49,635 nucleotides of DNA from an uncultured Candidatus Saccharibacteria bacterium. GTDB lineage: Bacteria; Patescibacteriota; Minisyncoccia; Minisyncoccales; CAYVNG01. Position 1 is the first letter of the stretch, and each line of letters opens with the position of its first letter. The translations under genes and the position numbers were made by a program. The notes beneath the pieces were generated by a model that was given only the letters and a program-made list of their open reading frames with translations, made no database searches and was not told where the DNA came from. Location of the stretch: the NCBI GenBank assembly GCA_964452875.1, contig CAYVNG010000003.1, forward strand, positions 1 through 49,635. The letters are read 5' to 3'. This document shows positions 1 through 9,619 of this stretch, in pieces.

Positions 1-181
1 GCATTTTATATTTTCTGATATCATCCGAATAAAGATCTTTCCGTTTTTCCGGTTTCCAAGTATGAACAATTTTTCCTATTATTTTTTTAATATTTTTGCT
101 TTCCTTGTTTGAAGGAATACGCTTTCTTGGCTCCCTCGAGAGTTCGGCTGCGGTAATGATTTCAATATTTTTTATCTTCAT
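1..181 (-). CDS. hypothetical protein, N-terminal fragment running off the left edge
   Basis: The minus-strand ATG at 179-181 lies one nt after the TAA stop (183-185) of the upstream GT4 gene. The frame stays open to the window edge and reads MKIKNIEIITAAELSREPRKRIPSNKESKN... No family was recognised. Confidence 0.3.
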   Translation of the reverse strand, partial: MKIKNIEIITAAELSREPRKRIPSNKESKNIKKIIGKIVHTWKPEKRKDLYSDDIRKYKM

Positions 182-182
182 G

Positions 183-1424
183 TTATTTCTTTCCAAATAT
201 CTTTTCAAACAAATTCTTATTCTCCAGTAATGATTTATATAATGCGATTTGATTTTCCACGGCTGTGTTAAAACATTCTTCCTCGAAGATATCTTGATGT
301 CCTTGTTCTCCTACTTTTTGTGCTATTTCAGGGTTTTTGATAATTTCTCTCAGTTTTTTTTCAAGATCTTCTTTATTTTTCGGATTTACGACAAAAACAT
401 GCTTATTTTCTTCCATTTTTGGAAAAATTGCTTGATATTTTGAAAATATTTCATGGCTCATTAAGGTTGGAGTAGCTACTCCAAGAGCTTCGGCTGGCTG
501 TATCACCATATGGATCCTGATGGGAAAATCATTCTCCAAATGTAGAAGACACGTTGAAGCCCTGAGAAGAGACGGAACTTTCCAAGGTGGCAAAAATCTA
601 ACCAGGTGATATTTCCCTTTTAAGGAAGAAATATTGGCGATTTTTTCCTTGAATTGATCAAATTCTTTTCCGCCAGTGACAAGAAGAAGAAGAAAATCTT
701 CTTTAATATTTGACAGGGCCTCCATAAATTCCGGGATTCCTTTATTATCGCTGTATTTCCCCAGGTATGTTATGACCGGAAGGTCTGTGGAAGAAAACGA
801 CAAACCAAGTTCTTTAAAATCAATAGGAGGCACTTGCGGGTTGAAATATTTAGGATTAGCGCTTGTGAACGTCTTGAACCAAAGTGAATTTTCTAAAATA
901 TTGAGAAGTTTGAAGGTATTCTTCATCCCGGGTTTTGTCACTATAACATCTGCATTTTTAAGAATTTCTTTAAAGACATAATAAAGACTTTCTGCAGAAA
1001 AAAGACGGGAGATATCACTTCCAGCGTGCCTAACAATACAAGGTTTATTAGTAAGCAACTTTGTGAAAACGGCGGCCAAACCATACGGCTGGATATAAAA
1101 AGAATCAATCAAATCACATTTGTATTTTCCTATAACTTCTATTCCAGTATTTACCAGTCTTTCCAAATAAGCCTTGGAAAACGGGATATAAGAAGGAATG
1201 TGAGAGGGAGGTTCGTGAATAAAAACATTTGACGGTTCATACTGTTTTGCTTCTGAAGGATTACTAAAATCAATTTTTTGCCTAAAAGGTTTTTCTACCT
1301 CAGAAGCATTTGTAACAATATGCACCTCTATCCCTTTTTCGCCAAGCTCTCTTGATATCCAATAAGTGGAGCTAGAAACTCCTCCTTCTATCGGCGGATA
1401 TTTTGAAAAAAAACAAATTTTCAT
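183..1424 (-). CDS. GT-B fold glycosyltransferase, family 4-like
   Basis: 413 aa. The N-terminus MKICFFSKYPPIEGGVSSSTYWISRELGEKGIEVHIVTN is typical of GT4 enzymes. The C-terminal half has the Glycos_transf_1-like layout. Confidence 0.75.
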   Translation of the reverse strand: MKICFFSKYPPIEGGVSSSTYWISRELGEKGIEVHIVTNASEVEKPFRQKIDFSNPSEAKQYEPSNVFIHEPPSHIPSYIPFSKAYLERLVNTGIEVIGKYKCDLIDSFYIQPYGLAAVFTKLLTNKPCIVRHAGSDISRLFSAESLYYVFKEILKNADVIVTKPGMKNTFKLLNILENSLWFKTFTSANPKYFNPQVPPIDFKELGLSFSSTDLPVITYLGKYSDNKGIPEFMEALSNIKEDFLLLLVTGGKEFDQFKEKIANISSLKGKYHLVRFLPPWKVPSLLRASTCLLHLENDFPIRIHMVIQPAEALGVATPTLMSHEIFSKYQAIFPKMEENKHVFVVNPKNKEDLEKKLREIIKNPEIAQKVGEQGHQDIFEEECFNTAVENQIALYKSLLENKNLFEKIFGKK

Positions 1425-1494
1425 TATTTTAAAACAAAAATGTTTTTGATTTTAATAAAAATGTTTATTGATATTATCATTTTGAGGAAAATTA

Positions 1495-1523
1495 AACAAG
1501 CCAGTCAAAACGACTGGCTTGTT
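1495..1523 (-). terminator. intrinsic terminator after the 1529..2227 gene
   Basis: A 12-bp perfect stem (aacaagccagtc / gactggcttgtt) with a 5-nt loop. On the minus strand it is followed by a T-rich tract, directly after the TGA stop at 1529-1531. Confidence 0.65.
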
Positions 1524-1528
1524 GGAGC

Positions 1529-2227
1529 TCACCGGAGAAAGTGGACTTGCAGGATTATGTCTTCGAACAGCATTGTATATCCGTTTTGCTTCCGAAAACT
1601 TTCTCCAAGTTCCGCGGTCACGATGTCGTCATTCACTGGCGACACCAAGATGACCCCCTTATCCGTAGTCCGAAACGCATTGATGAAATCGTATCTGCAA
1701 CTCTCATAGCTGAGTACAACCAGCTGTGAGTAAATGTTCTCTTTTTCAGCATTGCGCTTCAGGTCTAAGGAAAAGTCAATCAGAGTATACGGTGGATAGC
1801 TCCTTGAATCGTATTCTTTCTCATCCGTCTTGTCAGCTTTCAAAAACTGCATAAGCTCATCAAAAGTAATATCTTTAAACCCTTCTTCGTGTTGAAGTTG
1901 GATTTCAAGAGATTCTTTCGAGGCTTGGCAGTCTTCGATTTGCTTTTCCAGCTCCTCCTGGATTTCATCCCGAACCTGCTTAGTTTTCTTCGAGGCGTTC
2001 AGCAATCCTTCGATATCTTTTTCCGCCTCTTCCGTCTTTGCCAACTGGTCAGCGAGATCTTGCTGGGTAGCAGCAAGCTCTCTTTCCAGCCTGATAATCT
2101 CAGCGTCCTTTTCTTGAAGAGCGATGAAAACATCAGGATTTTCCCGATATACATCCTGAAAATTCAGAAAGGCTATCAGGGCAACCAGAGCAAGGACAAT
2201 GATAAGAAAAACACCTACTATCTTCAT
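1529..2227 (-). CDS. membrane-anchored coiled-coil protein, unknown function
   Basis: 232 aa. It has an N-terminal TM helix (MKIVGVFLIIVLALVALIAFL), then a long E/K/Q-rich coiled-coil segment, then a globular C-terminal domain. Confidence 0.55.
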   Translation of the reverse strand: MKIVGVFLIIVLALVALIAFLNFQDVYRENPDVFIALQEKDAEIIRLERELAATQQDLADQLAKTEEAEKDIEGLLNASKKTKQVRDEIQEELEKQIEDCQASKESLEIQLQHEEGFKDITFDELMQFLKADKTDEKEYDSRSYPPYTLIDFSLDLKRNAEKENIYSQLVVLSYESCRYDFINAFRTTDKGVILVSPVNDDIVTAELGESFRKQNGYTMLFEDIILQVHFLR

Positions 2228-2333
2228 TTCTTAACCTCCCTTACATTTATTCGGATGTGAAAGAACGGATTTATACTGTTTAAAACATATCATAAAAAGA
2301 ACGCTTTGTCAATTTAAAATTAATGACACTCTA

Positions 2334-2362
2334 TTGTGGTAATTCTTAAGCTTGGGTATAAT
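2334..2362 (+). promoter_or_regulatory. sigma70-type promoter (TTGTGG-17-TATAAT)
   Basis: Hexamers at 2334-2339 and 2357-2362 with a 17-nt spacer. The promoter lies inside the ORF-track N-terminal extension (2336), so the true start is probably ATG 2390. Confidence 0.4.
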
Positions 2363-2389
2363 AAAATAACGATTTTCCAGCCAATAAAC

Positions 2390-3070
2390 ATGGAAGAAGA
2401 AAAAATCCTAACCCAAGCTGACATAGAGCACGAAATAAGGGCAGCTGAAATGGAAAACAGGCTGGCTGATTTCAGCAATAAAAGTTTCAGCAATTTTTTG
2501 CTGCTCGGAAAAGAAACGAACGTAGGGCTCAACTTGGAAGGAGCCAAGATAAAAGGTTCGGTCTCTTTGGGAGGAACAAAAATAGGAGGAGATTTGATTT
2601 TAAAAAACGCAACCCTTGGAGGCGCTTTTTATTTCGGAGACGGGGAGATCGGGGGGAATATCGACTTTTCCGGAGGAAAGATAAAAGGGGTGCTGAACAT
2701 GGTGGGAAGCAGAGTCAAGGGATCTTTGCTTTTTTCCGACCTTGAAGTGAACGGATTTTTAAGCCTGGCCAAAGCCAAAATCTCCCAGGACATAGATTTC
2801 AGGAGGATCAAGGTCAAGAACTCCACTTACGAAGGCCTCACCATATTAGGAGACCTTTATCTCAACCAGGCGATCATCCAGGGTAACATGGATATTACGG
2901 AAGGCGTGATCGACGGGAACCTCGACCTTTCTGTGATCTGCATCCAAAAGACAGTGGACCTCACTTCTGCCACGATCGGAAATCTTCTGTTTCTAAGGGA
3001 CGCGCTGATAAGGGGGAACCTGGTCATAGAGCACACAAAATACAAAAAGATAATAAGGCATTTCGTTTAA
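2390..3070 (+). CDS. beta-helix-type repeat protein (about 11-residue x-x-x-I-x-G-x-L-x-L/F units), unknown function
   Basis: Start trimmed to MEEEKILTQ. More than 14 tandem degenerate units are visible (GAKIKGSVSL, GGTKIGGDLIL, KNATLGGAFYF, GDGEIGGNIDF, SGGKIKGVLNM, VGSRVKGSLLF...). The stop lies 8 nt before dnaE. Confidence 0.55.
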   Translation: MEEEKILTQADIEHEIRAAEMENRLADFSNKSFSNFLLLGKETNVGLNLEGAKIKGSVSLGGTKIGGDLILKNATLGGAFYFGDGEIGGNIDFSGGKIKGVLNMVGSRVKGSLLFSDLEVNGFLSLAKAKISQDIDFRRIKVKNSTYEGLTILGDLYLNQAIIQGNMDITEGVIDGNLDLSVICIQKTVDLTSATIGNLLFLRDALIRGNLVIEHTKYKKIIRHFV

Positions 3071-3078
3071 GGAAGACC

Positions 3079-6000
3079 ATGAAGTTCACCCATCTGCACG
3101 TGCACAGCCATTACAGCCTGCTTGACGGCCTTCCCAAAATAGACCAGCTGATCGACAGCGCAAAGGAAAAGGGAATGGATTCCATAGCCCTCACCGACCA
3201 CGGCGTCCTGTACGGAGCCGTCGAATTCTACAAGAAAGCGAAAGAGAAAGGGATAAAGCCGATAATAGGCTGCGAAATATACCAGGCCGTTGAAAAAATG
3301 CAGCAAAAGCGGCCTAACATAGACAACCAGAGATTCCATCTGGTGCTTTTAGTTAAGGACAATAAAGGATACGAGAATCTGGTGAAGCTCATCACCCTGG
3401 CCCATCTTGAAGGGTTCTATTACAAGCCCAGGGTGGACGAAGACGCCTTGAGAGAGCACTCCGAAGGCCTTATCGCCCTTTCCGCCTGCCTGCAAGGCAA
3501 AATCCCCTATCTCATTTCGAAGAACAAAATCAAGGAAGCTGAAGAAGCGGCTTTGAACTACGAAAAGATTTTCGGAAAAGGAAACTTTTTCCTGGAAATC
3601 CAGGATCATCCGAAGATAAAAGAGCAGAAAAAGGTGAACCAGGCGATGATCCAGATGTCAAAAAAGCTGGACATCCCTTTGGTGGCCACCAACGATGTCC
3701 ACTATCTGAACGCCGATGACGCTGAAGCCCAGGACGTGCTCATGCTCATCAATACCGGATCTGATCCGAACGACCCTGAGAGGCTGACCATGAGAGAAGA
3801 CGATTTTTCCTTGAAATCCCCGGAGAAGATGGCGGAAGACTTCAAGGAAACGCCTGAAGCCCTTGAAAACACCCAGAAGATAGCTGAAGCTTGCGCCTTT
3901 GAGTTCGAGCTCGGAAAAACCAAGCTGCCTGAATTCGACGTTCCCGGCGATAAAACAGCGGACCAATATTTAAAGGAGCTCTGCTATGAAAGGATAGGAA
4001 AAAAGTTTCCGAAGCTGACGGAGGAAATAAAAACCAGGCTCGAGTACGAGCTTTCGATAATACAGCAGACAGGGTTCGCCTCCTATTTTTTGATCGTCCA
4101 AGACTTCGTCAACTGGGCCAAAAGCCAGAGGATAGTGGTGGGACCCGGAAGAGGGTCGGCTGCAGGCTCTTTGGTCTCTTACGTATTGAATATAACCAGC
4201 ATAGACCCTTTGAGATACAAGCTTCTGTTCGAAAGGTTCTTGAATCCGAACAGGGCGGCCGGGCTGCCGGATATAGACCTGGACTTCACTGACAGGAGGA
4301 GGGACGAGGTGATATCGTACGTTGCTGAAAAGTACGGGAAGGACAGGGTGGCTCAAATAATCACTTTCGGGACAATGGCGGCCAGGGCCGTGGTCAGGGA
4401 CGTGGGAAGAGCTTTGCAATACCCTTACAGCTATTGCGACCATCTGGCCAAGATGATCCCCTTCAGCTTCACTTTGGACCAGTCCTTGGAAAAAATAGAA
4501 GAGTTCTCCCAGATTTACGAAACAGACGAAAAGGCAAAAAAGCTGATCGACCTTGCCAAAAAACTGGAAGGGGTGGCCAGGCACGCTTCGACCCACGCCT
4601 GCGGCGTGGTGATCTCCAAAAACCCGCTCTCTGACATAGTGCCTCTGCAGCATCCGACCCAGGACGAAGACGGCATCGTCACCCAGTACGAGATGCACAC
4701 GATAGAGGATTTGGGGCTTTTGAAAATGGATTTTCTCGGCCTGAAAAACCTCACCACCATCGAAGACACCTTGAAAATGATCTACGCCATACACAAGGAA
4801 TCAATAGACATAGAAAAGATTCCCTTGGAGGACAAGAAAACTTTCAAACTCCTGAGGGACGGAAAGACGGTCGGCATATTCCAGCTTGAAAGCGCAGGCA
4901 TGCAAAGGTATTTAAGGCAGTTAAAGCCCACCGAGATGGAAGACGTCATCGCCATGGTCGCCCTTTACAGGCCTGGCCCCATACAGTTCATCCCTGAATA
5001 CATTGGAAGGAAATTCAAGAAAAAGAAGATAGAATACCTGCATCCGGATTTGGAGCCCATTTTGAAAAACACCCAGGGAATATGCATATATCAAGAGCAG
5101 CTCATGCAGATAGCCCAGAAAATGGCGGGCTTCACCTTGGGGGAAGCGGACGTGCTCAGAAAGGCGGTCGGAAAGAAGATACAGGCCCTTTTGGAATCCC
5201 AGAAGGAGAAGTTCATCTCCGGCATGGAAAAGAACAAGATAAGCAAAGGCACGGCCTCCGAGATATGGGAATGGATACTGCCTTTCGCCAAGTACGGGTT
5301 CAACAGAAGCCACAGCGCCTGTTATGCCATGATCGCCTACCAGACAGCGTACCTTAAAGCCCGCTATCCCTTGGAGTTCATGGCTTCCCTTCTGACTTCG
5401 GAAAAAGCTGACGTCGAAAGGATCGCCGTTTTGATAGAAGAATGCAAGAAAATGGGAATAGACGTGCTTCCTCCGGACATCAACGAAAGCTTCAGGAATT
5501 TTTCTGTCGTCCCGGGAGAAGGGAAAATAAGGTTCGGGCTTCTGGCCGTCAAGAACGTCGGCACGAACATAGTGGAATCGGTGGTCAAGGAAAGGAAGGA
5601 AAAAGGCAAGTTCTCCTCGATCGAGGATTTCATCTTGAGGATAAGCAGCAAGGACCTGAACAAAAAATCGATGGAAAGCCTCATTAAAGCCGGGGCCTTT
5701 GACAAGCTCGGTGAAAGGAACCAGCTGATAGAGAATATGGAAAAGCTCCTGGAATGGTCCAGAGAGGCCCAGAGAACGAAAAACAACGGCCAAAAAGGGC
5801 TCTTCGACAGCAAAACCTTCAATACCACCCTTATCCTGGCCAAAGCTCCGCTGGCCAAATCCTCAGACAAGCTGAAATGGGAAAAAGAGCTTTTGGGCCT
5901 GTACATCACCAGCCATCCTTTGGACCAGTACAAGGTCGTGCTGGAGAAGAACACCACCCCGATAGCCGACCTGGCGATAGCAGGATCCAGGAAATCGGTC

Positions 6001-6243
6001 AGGGTCGGAGGCATCATAGCTTCCATAAAGAAGATAATAACGAAAACGGGAAGGCCGATGCTTTTCGCAAAGCTGGAGGACCTGACAGGGAAAATAGAGG
6101 TGGTGGTCTTCCCTTCTGTAATCGAAAGGGACCCGACTTTGTTCCAGGAAAACAAGATCGTCTTCATCTCGGGGAGGACGGACATGAGAGACAACGTCCC
6201 AAAAGTGATATGCGAGGAAATCGAAGAGCTGATGGGAGAATAA
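3079..6243 (+). CDS. dnaE: DNA polymerase III alpha subunit
   Basis: 1054 aa. It has the PHP N-terminus MKFTHLHVHSHYSLLDG, the polymerase core (GPGRGSAAGSLVSYVLNIT, PDIDLDF) and a C-terminal OB-fold region. Confidence 0.95.
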   Translation: MKFTHLHVHSHYSLLDGLPKIDQLIDSAKEKGMDSIALTDHGVLYGAVEFYKKAKEKGIKPIIGCEIYQAVEKMQQKRPNIDNQRFHLVLLVKDNKGYENLVKLITLAHLEGFYYKPRVDEDALREHSEGLIALSACLQGKIPYLISKNKIKEAEEAALNYEKIFGKGNFFLEIQDHPKIKEQKKVNQAMIQMSKKLDIPLVATNDVHYLNADDAEAQDVLMLINTGSDPNDPERLTMREDDFSLKSPEKMAEDFKETPEALENTQKIAEACAFEFELGKTKLPEFDVPGDKTADQYLKELCYERIGKKFPKLTEEIKTRLEYELSIIQQTGFASYFLIVQDFVNWAKSQRIVVGPGRGSAAGSLVSYVLNITSIDPLRYKLLFERFLNPNRAAGLPDIDLDFTDRRRDEVISYVAEKYGKDRVAQIITFGTMAARAVVRDVGRALQYPYSYCDHLAKMIPFSFTLDQSLEKIEEFSQIYETDEKAKKLIDLAKKLEGVARHASTHACGVVISKNPLSDIVPLQHPTQDEDGIVTQYEMHTIEDLGLLKMDFLGLKNLTTIEDTLKMIYAIHKESIDIEKIPLEDKKTFKLLRDGKTVGIFQLESAGMQRYLRQLKPTEMEDVIAMVALYRPGPIQFIPEYIGRKFKKKKIEYLHPDLEPILKNTQGICIYQEQLMQIAQKMAGFTLGEADVLRKAVGKKIQALLESQKEKFISGMEKNKISKGTASEIWEWILPFAKYGFNRSHSACYAMIAYQTAYLKARYPLEFMASLLTSEKADVERIAVLIEECKKMGIDVLPPDINESFRNFSVVPGEGKIRFGLLAVKNVGTNIVESVVKERKEKGKFSSIEDFILRISSKDLNKKSMESLIKAGAFDKLGERNQLIENMEKLLEWSREAQRTKNNGQKGLFDSKTFNTTLILAKAPLAKSSDKLKWEKELLGLYITSHPLDQYKVVLEKNTTPIADLAIAGSRKSVRVGGIIASIKKIITKTGRPMLFAKLEDLTGKIEVVVFPSVIERDPTLFQENKIVFISGRTDMRDNVPKVICEEIEELMGE

Positions 6244-6250
6244 GGATCTT

Positions 6251-6276
6251 GCGCCTCCTAAAGGAGGCGCTTTTCA
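6251..6276 (+). terminator. intrinsic terminator after dnaE
   Basis: Hairpin gcgcctcc-taaa-ggaggcgc followed by tttt. Confidence 0.7.
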
Positions 6277-6281
6277 TCTCC

Positions 6282-6309
6282 TTGAAAAAAGATTCTTTCC
6301 TGGTATAAT
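6282..6309 (+). promoter_or_regulatory. promoter TTGAAA-16-TGgTATAAT for thrS
   Basis: -35 at 6282-6287 and an extended -10 at 6301-6309. Only 11 nt separate the -10 from ATG 6321, and there is no SD. Confidence 0.5.
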
Positions 6310-6320
6310 TAAAAAATATC

Positions 6321-8030
6321 ATGAAAACAGAAACAAGCCGCCATTCCTTGTCCCATATTTTAGCTTCTGCTGTCCAGGAGCTTTATCCCGGAGTGAAATT
6401 CGGGATAGGGCCGGCCATTGAGAACGGGTTTTACTACGACTTTGAATTTGCCAAGGGAAAAAGCATAACTCCGGAAGACCTGCCCCGAATAGAAAAAAAG
6501 ATGAGAGAGATGGCAAAGCAAGGGATTCCTTTCAAGAAAAAAATCGCTTCAAAAGCTGAAGCCAGAAAAATCTTCAAAGCCCAGCCTTACAAGCTCGAGA
6601 TAATAAAAGAGCTGCCGGGCAAAACGGTTTCCTTGTATCTGAGCGGAGAATTCACGGATCTTTGCAAAGGGCCTCATATAAAAAGCACCAAAGAGATAAG
6701 CCCTGATTCATTCAAGCTGGAAAAGATCGCCGGAGCCTACTGGAAGGGAGACGAGAAGAACAAGATGCTCACCCGCATATACGGGCTGGCTTTTGACACT
6801 AAAAAAGAGCTGGAAGAATATGTCAGCGCTGTCAGGGAGGCGGAAAAAAGGGACCACCGGGTTCTCGGCCAGAAGCTAGACCTTTTTATGATGGATGAAG
6901 AGATCGGAGCCGGCCTTCCTCTCTGGCTGCCCAAAGGAGCCCTCTTAAGGCACCTTATTGAAGAATACCTCCGAAAAGAGCTGGCTTCCCAAGGATACCA
7001 ATGGGTGGTGACTCCTCATATAGCCAACATCAATCTCTGGAAAACCTCAGGGCACTGGGAACATTACCGAGAGAATATATACTCCCCCATCAAGATAGAC
7101 GAGGAAGAGTACCTTTTAAAGCCCATGAACTGCCCTTTCCACTTGAAGATATTCGGGTCCAAGACCAGAAGCTACAAAGACCTGCCCTTCAAGATGGCTG
7201 AATTGGGCACGGTTTACAGGTACGAGAAGTCCGGAGTGCTGCACGGCCTGACCAGGGTCAGGGGCTTCACTCAGGATGACGCCCACATCATCTGCACCAA
7301 AGACCAGCTTACCGAAGAGCTGGAAAAGCTCTTGAAGTTCGGGCTGAAGATACTGAACGACTTCGGGTTCAAGAATTTCGACATCTATCTTTCCACCAGG
7401 CCAAAGAAGTTCGCCGGCACCATCAAAGGATGGGAGAAAGCGACTGATTCTTTGAAATACGTGTTAAAGAAACTCGGCCTCAAATACGAAATTGATGCCG
7501 CCGGCGGAGTGTTCTACGGACCGAAAATAGACATAAAGATCAAGGACTCTCTGAACAGGCCCTGGCAATGCACGACCATCCAGGTTGACTTCAATTTGCC
7601 CGAAAGATTCGACATGTCCTATATCGGCCCCAAAGGAAAAAAAGAAAGGCCTTTCATGATCCACCGGGCCTTGCTGGGCTCTCTGGAAAGATTCATCGGC
7701 GTCCTGATAGAAAATTACGCGGGCGCCTTCCCCTTCTGGCTTTCTCCCGTCCAGGTCTGCGTCATCCCGATCGGATCCAGCCATGAAGAATACGCCAGAG
7801 AAGTGGAAGAATCCCTTAAAGCCCATAACTTCAGATGCCAGCTTAAGAACGAGAACGAAACCGTTTCAAAGAAGATAAGGGAGGCTGAGATTGAGAAGAT
7901 CCCCTACAGCCTGGTCATCGGAGACAAGGAAACGAGCGCTAAAACAGTGAGAGTCAGGGAAAGGGGCAAAGGAGACGCAGGGGAAATGAAGCTGGCCGAA
8001 TTCATAAAAAAGGCGGAAGCAGAAAGATAA
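6321..8030 (+). CDS. thrS: threonine--tRNA ligase (no N-terminal TGS domain)
   Basis: 569 aa. It opens directly at the editing-domain HxxxH motif (RHSLSHILASAV). The class II core (FMIHRALLGSLERFIGVLIE) and an anticodon-binding C-terminus are present. Confidence 0.93.
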   Translation: MKTETSRHSLSHILASAVQELYPGVKFGIGPAIENGFYYDFEFAKGKSITPEDLPRIEKKMREMAKQGIPFKKKIASKAEARKIFKAQPYKLEIIKELPGKTVSLYLSGEFTDLCKGPHIKSTKEISPDSFKLEKIAGAYWKGDEKNKMLTRIYGLAFDTKKELEEYVSAVREAEKRDHRVLGQKLDLFMMDEEIGAGLPLWLPKGALLRHLIEEYLRKELASQGYQWVVTPHIANINLWKTSGHWEHYRENIYSPIKIDEEEYLLKPMNCPFHLKIFGSKTRSYKDLPFKMAELGTVYRYEKSGVLHGLTRVRGFTQDDAHIICTKDQLTEELEKLLKFGLKILNDFGFKNFDIYLSTRPKKFAGTIKGWEKATDSLKYVLKKLGLKYEIDAAGGVFYGPKIDIKIKDSLNRPWQCTTIQVDFNLPERFDMSYIGPKGKKERPFMIHRALLGSLERFIGVLIENYAGAFPFWLSPVQVCVIPIGSSHEEYAREVEESLKAHNFRCQLKNENETVSKKIREAEIEKIPYSLVIGDKETSAKTVRVRERGKGDAGEMKLAEFIKKAEAER

Positions 8031-8036
8031 GGACAT

Positions 8037-9611
8037 ATGGCAGAGCTTTCCCAGAGAACCCAACAGCTCATAGCGGAATATCAGAGGTGGAGGAAATCCC
8101 TTCAGCCGCCCCAGGAAGCTTCGAAAATACACGTGGACGAAGTCGCCAGCAAGGTGGCTTCTTTTTACGAAAGAATAAGAGGAGTGGTCGATTACAGGGA
8201 CGAGCATCTTTTGAGAAAAACCGCTGTCAGCCGCAGCCTCAAAAGAAGGATGCTTTTGAAAAAAAACGGGAAGGACGTGGCCGATCCCCTCGTCCAGGAG
8301 TTGATCCGAGGCGGACATTTCCAGAACGATTTCATCGAAGAGTCCAAGATAGGCCAGGTCAAGAGCGTCATAGACAAATATGTTTACATTCTGGACAACA
8401 ACCATCTTGGAAAACAGGCTGATTTTTACAGCTGGATCCTGAACACGGCCGCCTGCGAGATAGAAGAAACCCTTTCCCAGCCCATAAGGGAGAACGCATT
8501 GATACGGTTTATGAAAGAGGAGATGAAAGAGAGGATAAGGGTGAAGAACGGCCTGACCGAAAATGAAATAGATGAGCAGATATACATCGCCGTCCAGCAG
8601 TCCCTTTTCAAACTCGACCCGTTTTTGATAGGATATAATCTTCTGAAAAAATGGTTCCCTGACTGGAAAACCCTGCAAGGAGAAAGGCTCGACCTCACGG
8701 CAAAGAGCATGCATTTGATCCGCCAGAAGATCGAAAATGCCTTGAGCCATCCTATGGCTGAAAAATTCTACAAGGTCTGCGAAAGATATGACACCCCTTA
8801 CTTGATCCTGAACGACATCCTGTCTGAAAACACTGCCGAAGACCAAAAGCAGATAGAAAACCCGGAAGCCCTGGAAGGGCTGATAAAAAAAGCATACAGC
8901 GCGAAAGTGAGGACTCTCAAGTCGAGGACGACCAGGGCGGCTTTTTATTCAACCGTTTCCATATTCATCACCAACATTCTTGCCCTTCTCGCTTTCGAGA
9001 TTCCTTTCACCAGATACTCAACCGGGCACTTTGACTATCTGGCCATGGCTATAAACATCCTCGGGCCGACCCTGCTCATGTTCCTGCTGGTGGCCACCAT
9101 AAGGCCGCCTGAAAAAAGGAACTTGGCCAAGCTCATCCTTGAAACCATAAAAGTAGTTTATAAAACAGACAAAAAGGACGTCTATGAGATAAAGGCTGTC
9201 AGGAAGAGAGGGATAGCCCTAAAAATGATGGTCCTGATCCTCTATCTCATAAGCTTCCTTTTCTCCTTCGGGCTGATAATCTTCGGCCTTCATTGGCTCG
9301 GCCTCCCCTTCTGTTCCTGCATCATCTTCATCATATTCGTTTCCCTGGTCGCTTTCACCGGGACCAAGATAAGGGAAAAGGCAAAGGAGCTGAAGATAAC
9401 CGATGAAAAGGAAAGCTTTTTCAGCTTCCTGCTCGATTCCTTGTCCCTGCCGGTTTTGAAGCTCGGGAAATGGCTTTCTTTAAGGTGGAAAAAATACAAT
9501 CTGGTGGGCATATTCTTCAGCTCCTTGATCGACATGCCCTTCCAGATCTTCATGGAATTCCTGGAAAGCTGGAGAAGCTTCCTCAAAGAGAAAAAAGAAG
9601 AGATCTTCTGA
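8037..9611 (+). CDS. hypothetical multi-pass membrane protein
   Basis: 524 aa, with a soluble helical N-terminal half and at least 5 TM helices in the C-terminal half. It is tightly packed between thrS (6-nt gap) and miaB (8-nt gap). Confidence 0.55.
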   Translation: MAELSQRTQQLIAEYQRWRKSLQPPQEASKIHVDEVASKVASFYERIRGVVDYRDEHLLRKTAVSRSLKRRMLLKKNGKDVADPLVQELIRGGHFQNDFIEESKIGQVKSVIDKYVYILDNNHLGKQADFYSWILNTAACEIEETLSQPIRENALIRFMKEEMKERIRVKNGLTENEIDEQIYIAVQQSLFKLDPFLIGYNLLKKWFPDWKTLQGERLDLTAKSMHLIRQKIENALSHPMAEKFYKVCERYDTPYLILNDILSENTAEDQKQIENPEALEGLIKKAYSAKVRTLKSRTTRAAFYSTVSIFITNILALLAFEIPFTRYSTGHFDYLAMAINILGPTLLMFLLVATIRPPEKRNLAKLILETIKVVYKTDKKDVYEIKAVRKRGIALKMMVLILYLISFLFSFGLIIFGLHWLGLPFCSCIIFIIFVSLVAFTGTKIREKAKELKITDEKESFFSFLLDSLSLPVLKLGKWLSLRWKKYNLVGIFFSSLIDMPFQIFMEFLESWRSFLKEKKEEIF

Positions 9612-9619
9612 AATGAAAC

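Noticed and set aside
3970-6194. Long minus-strand ORFs (3970..4794, 4921..5793, 5364..6194) and the plus-strand ORF 5754..6308 inside dnaE
   Set aside because: These are shadow ORFs antisense to or out of frame with a full-length, motif-rich dnaE. Their translations are low-complexity (R/G/P/F-rich), they show no start signals and no family resemblance.
7866-8846. 326-aa minus-strand ORF spanning the thrS end and the next gene
   Set aside because: It crosses a gene boundary of two well-supported plus-strand genes. It has antisense-frame composition and no promoter or SD.
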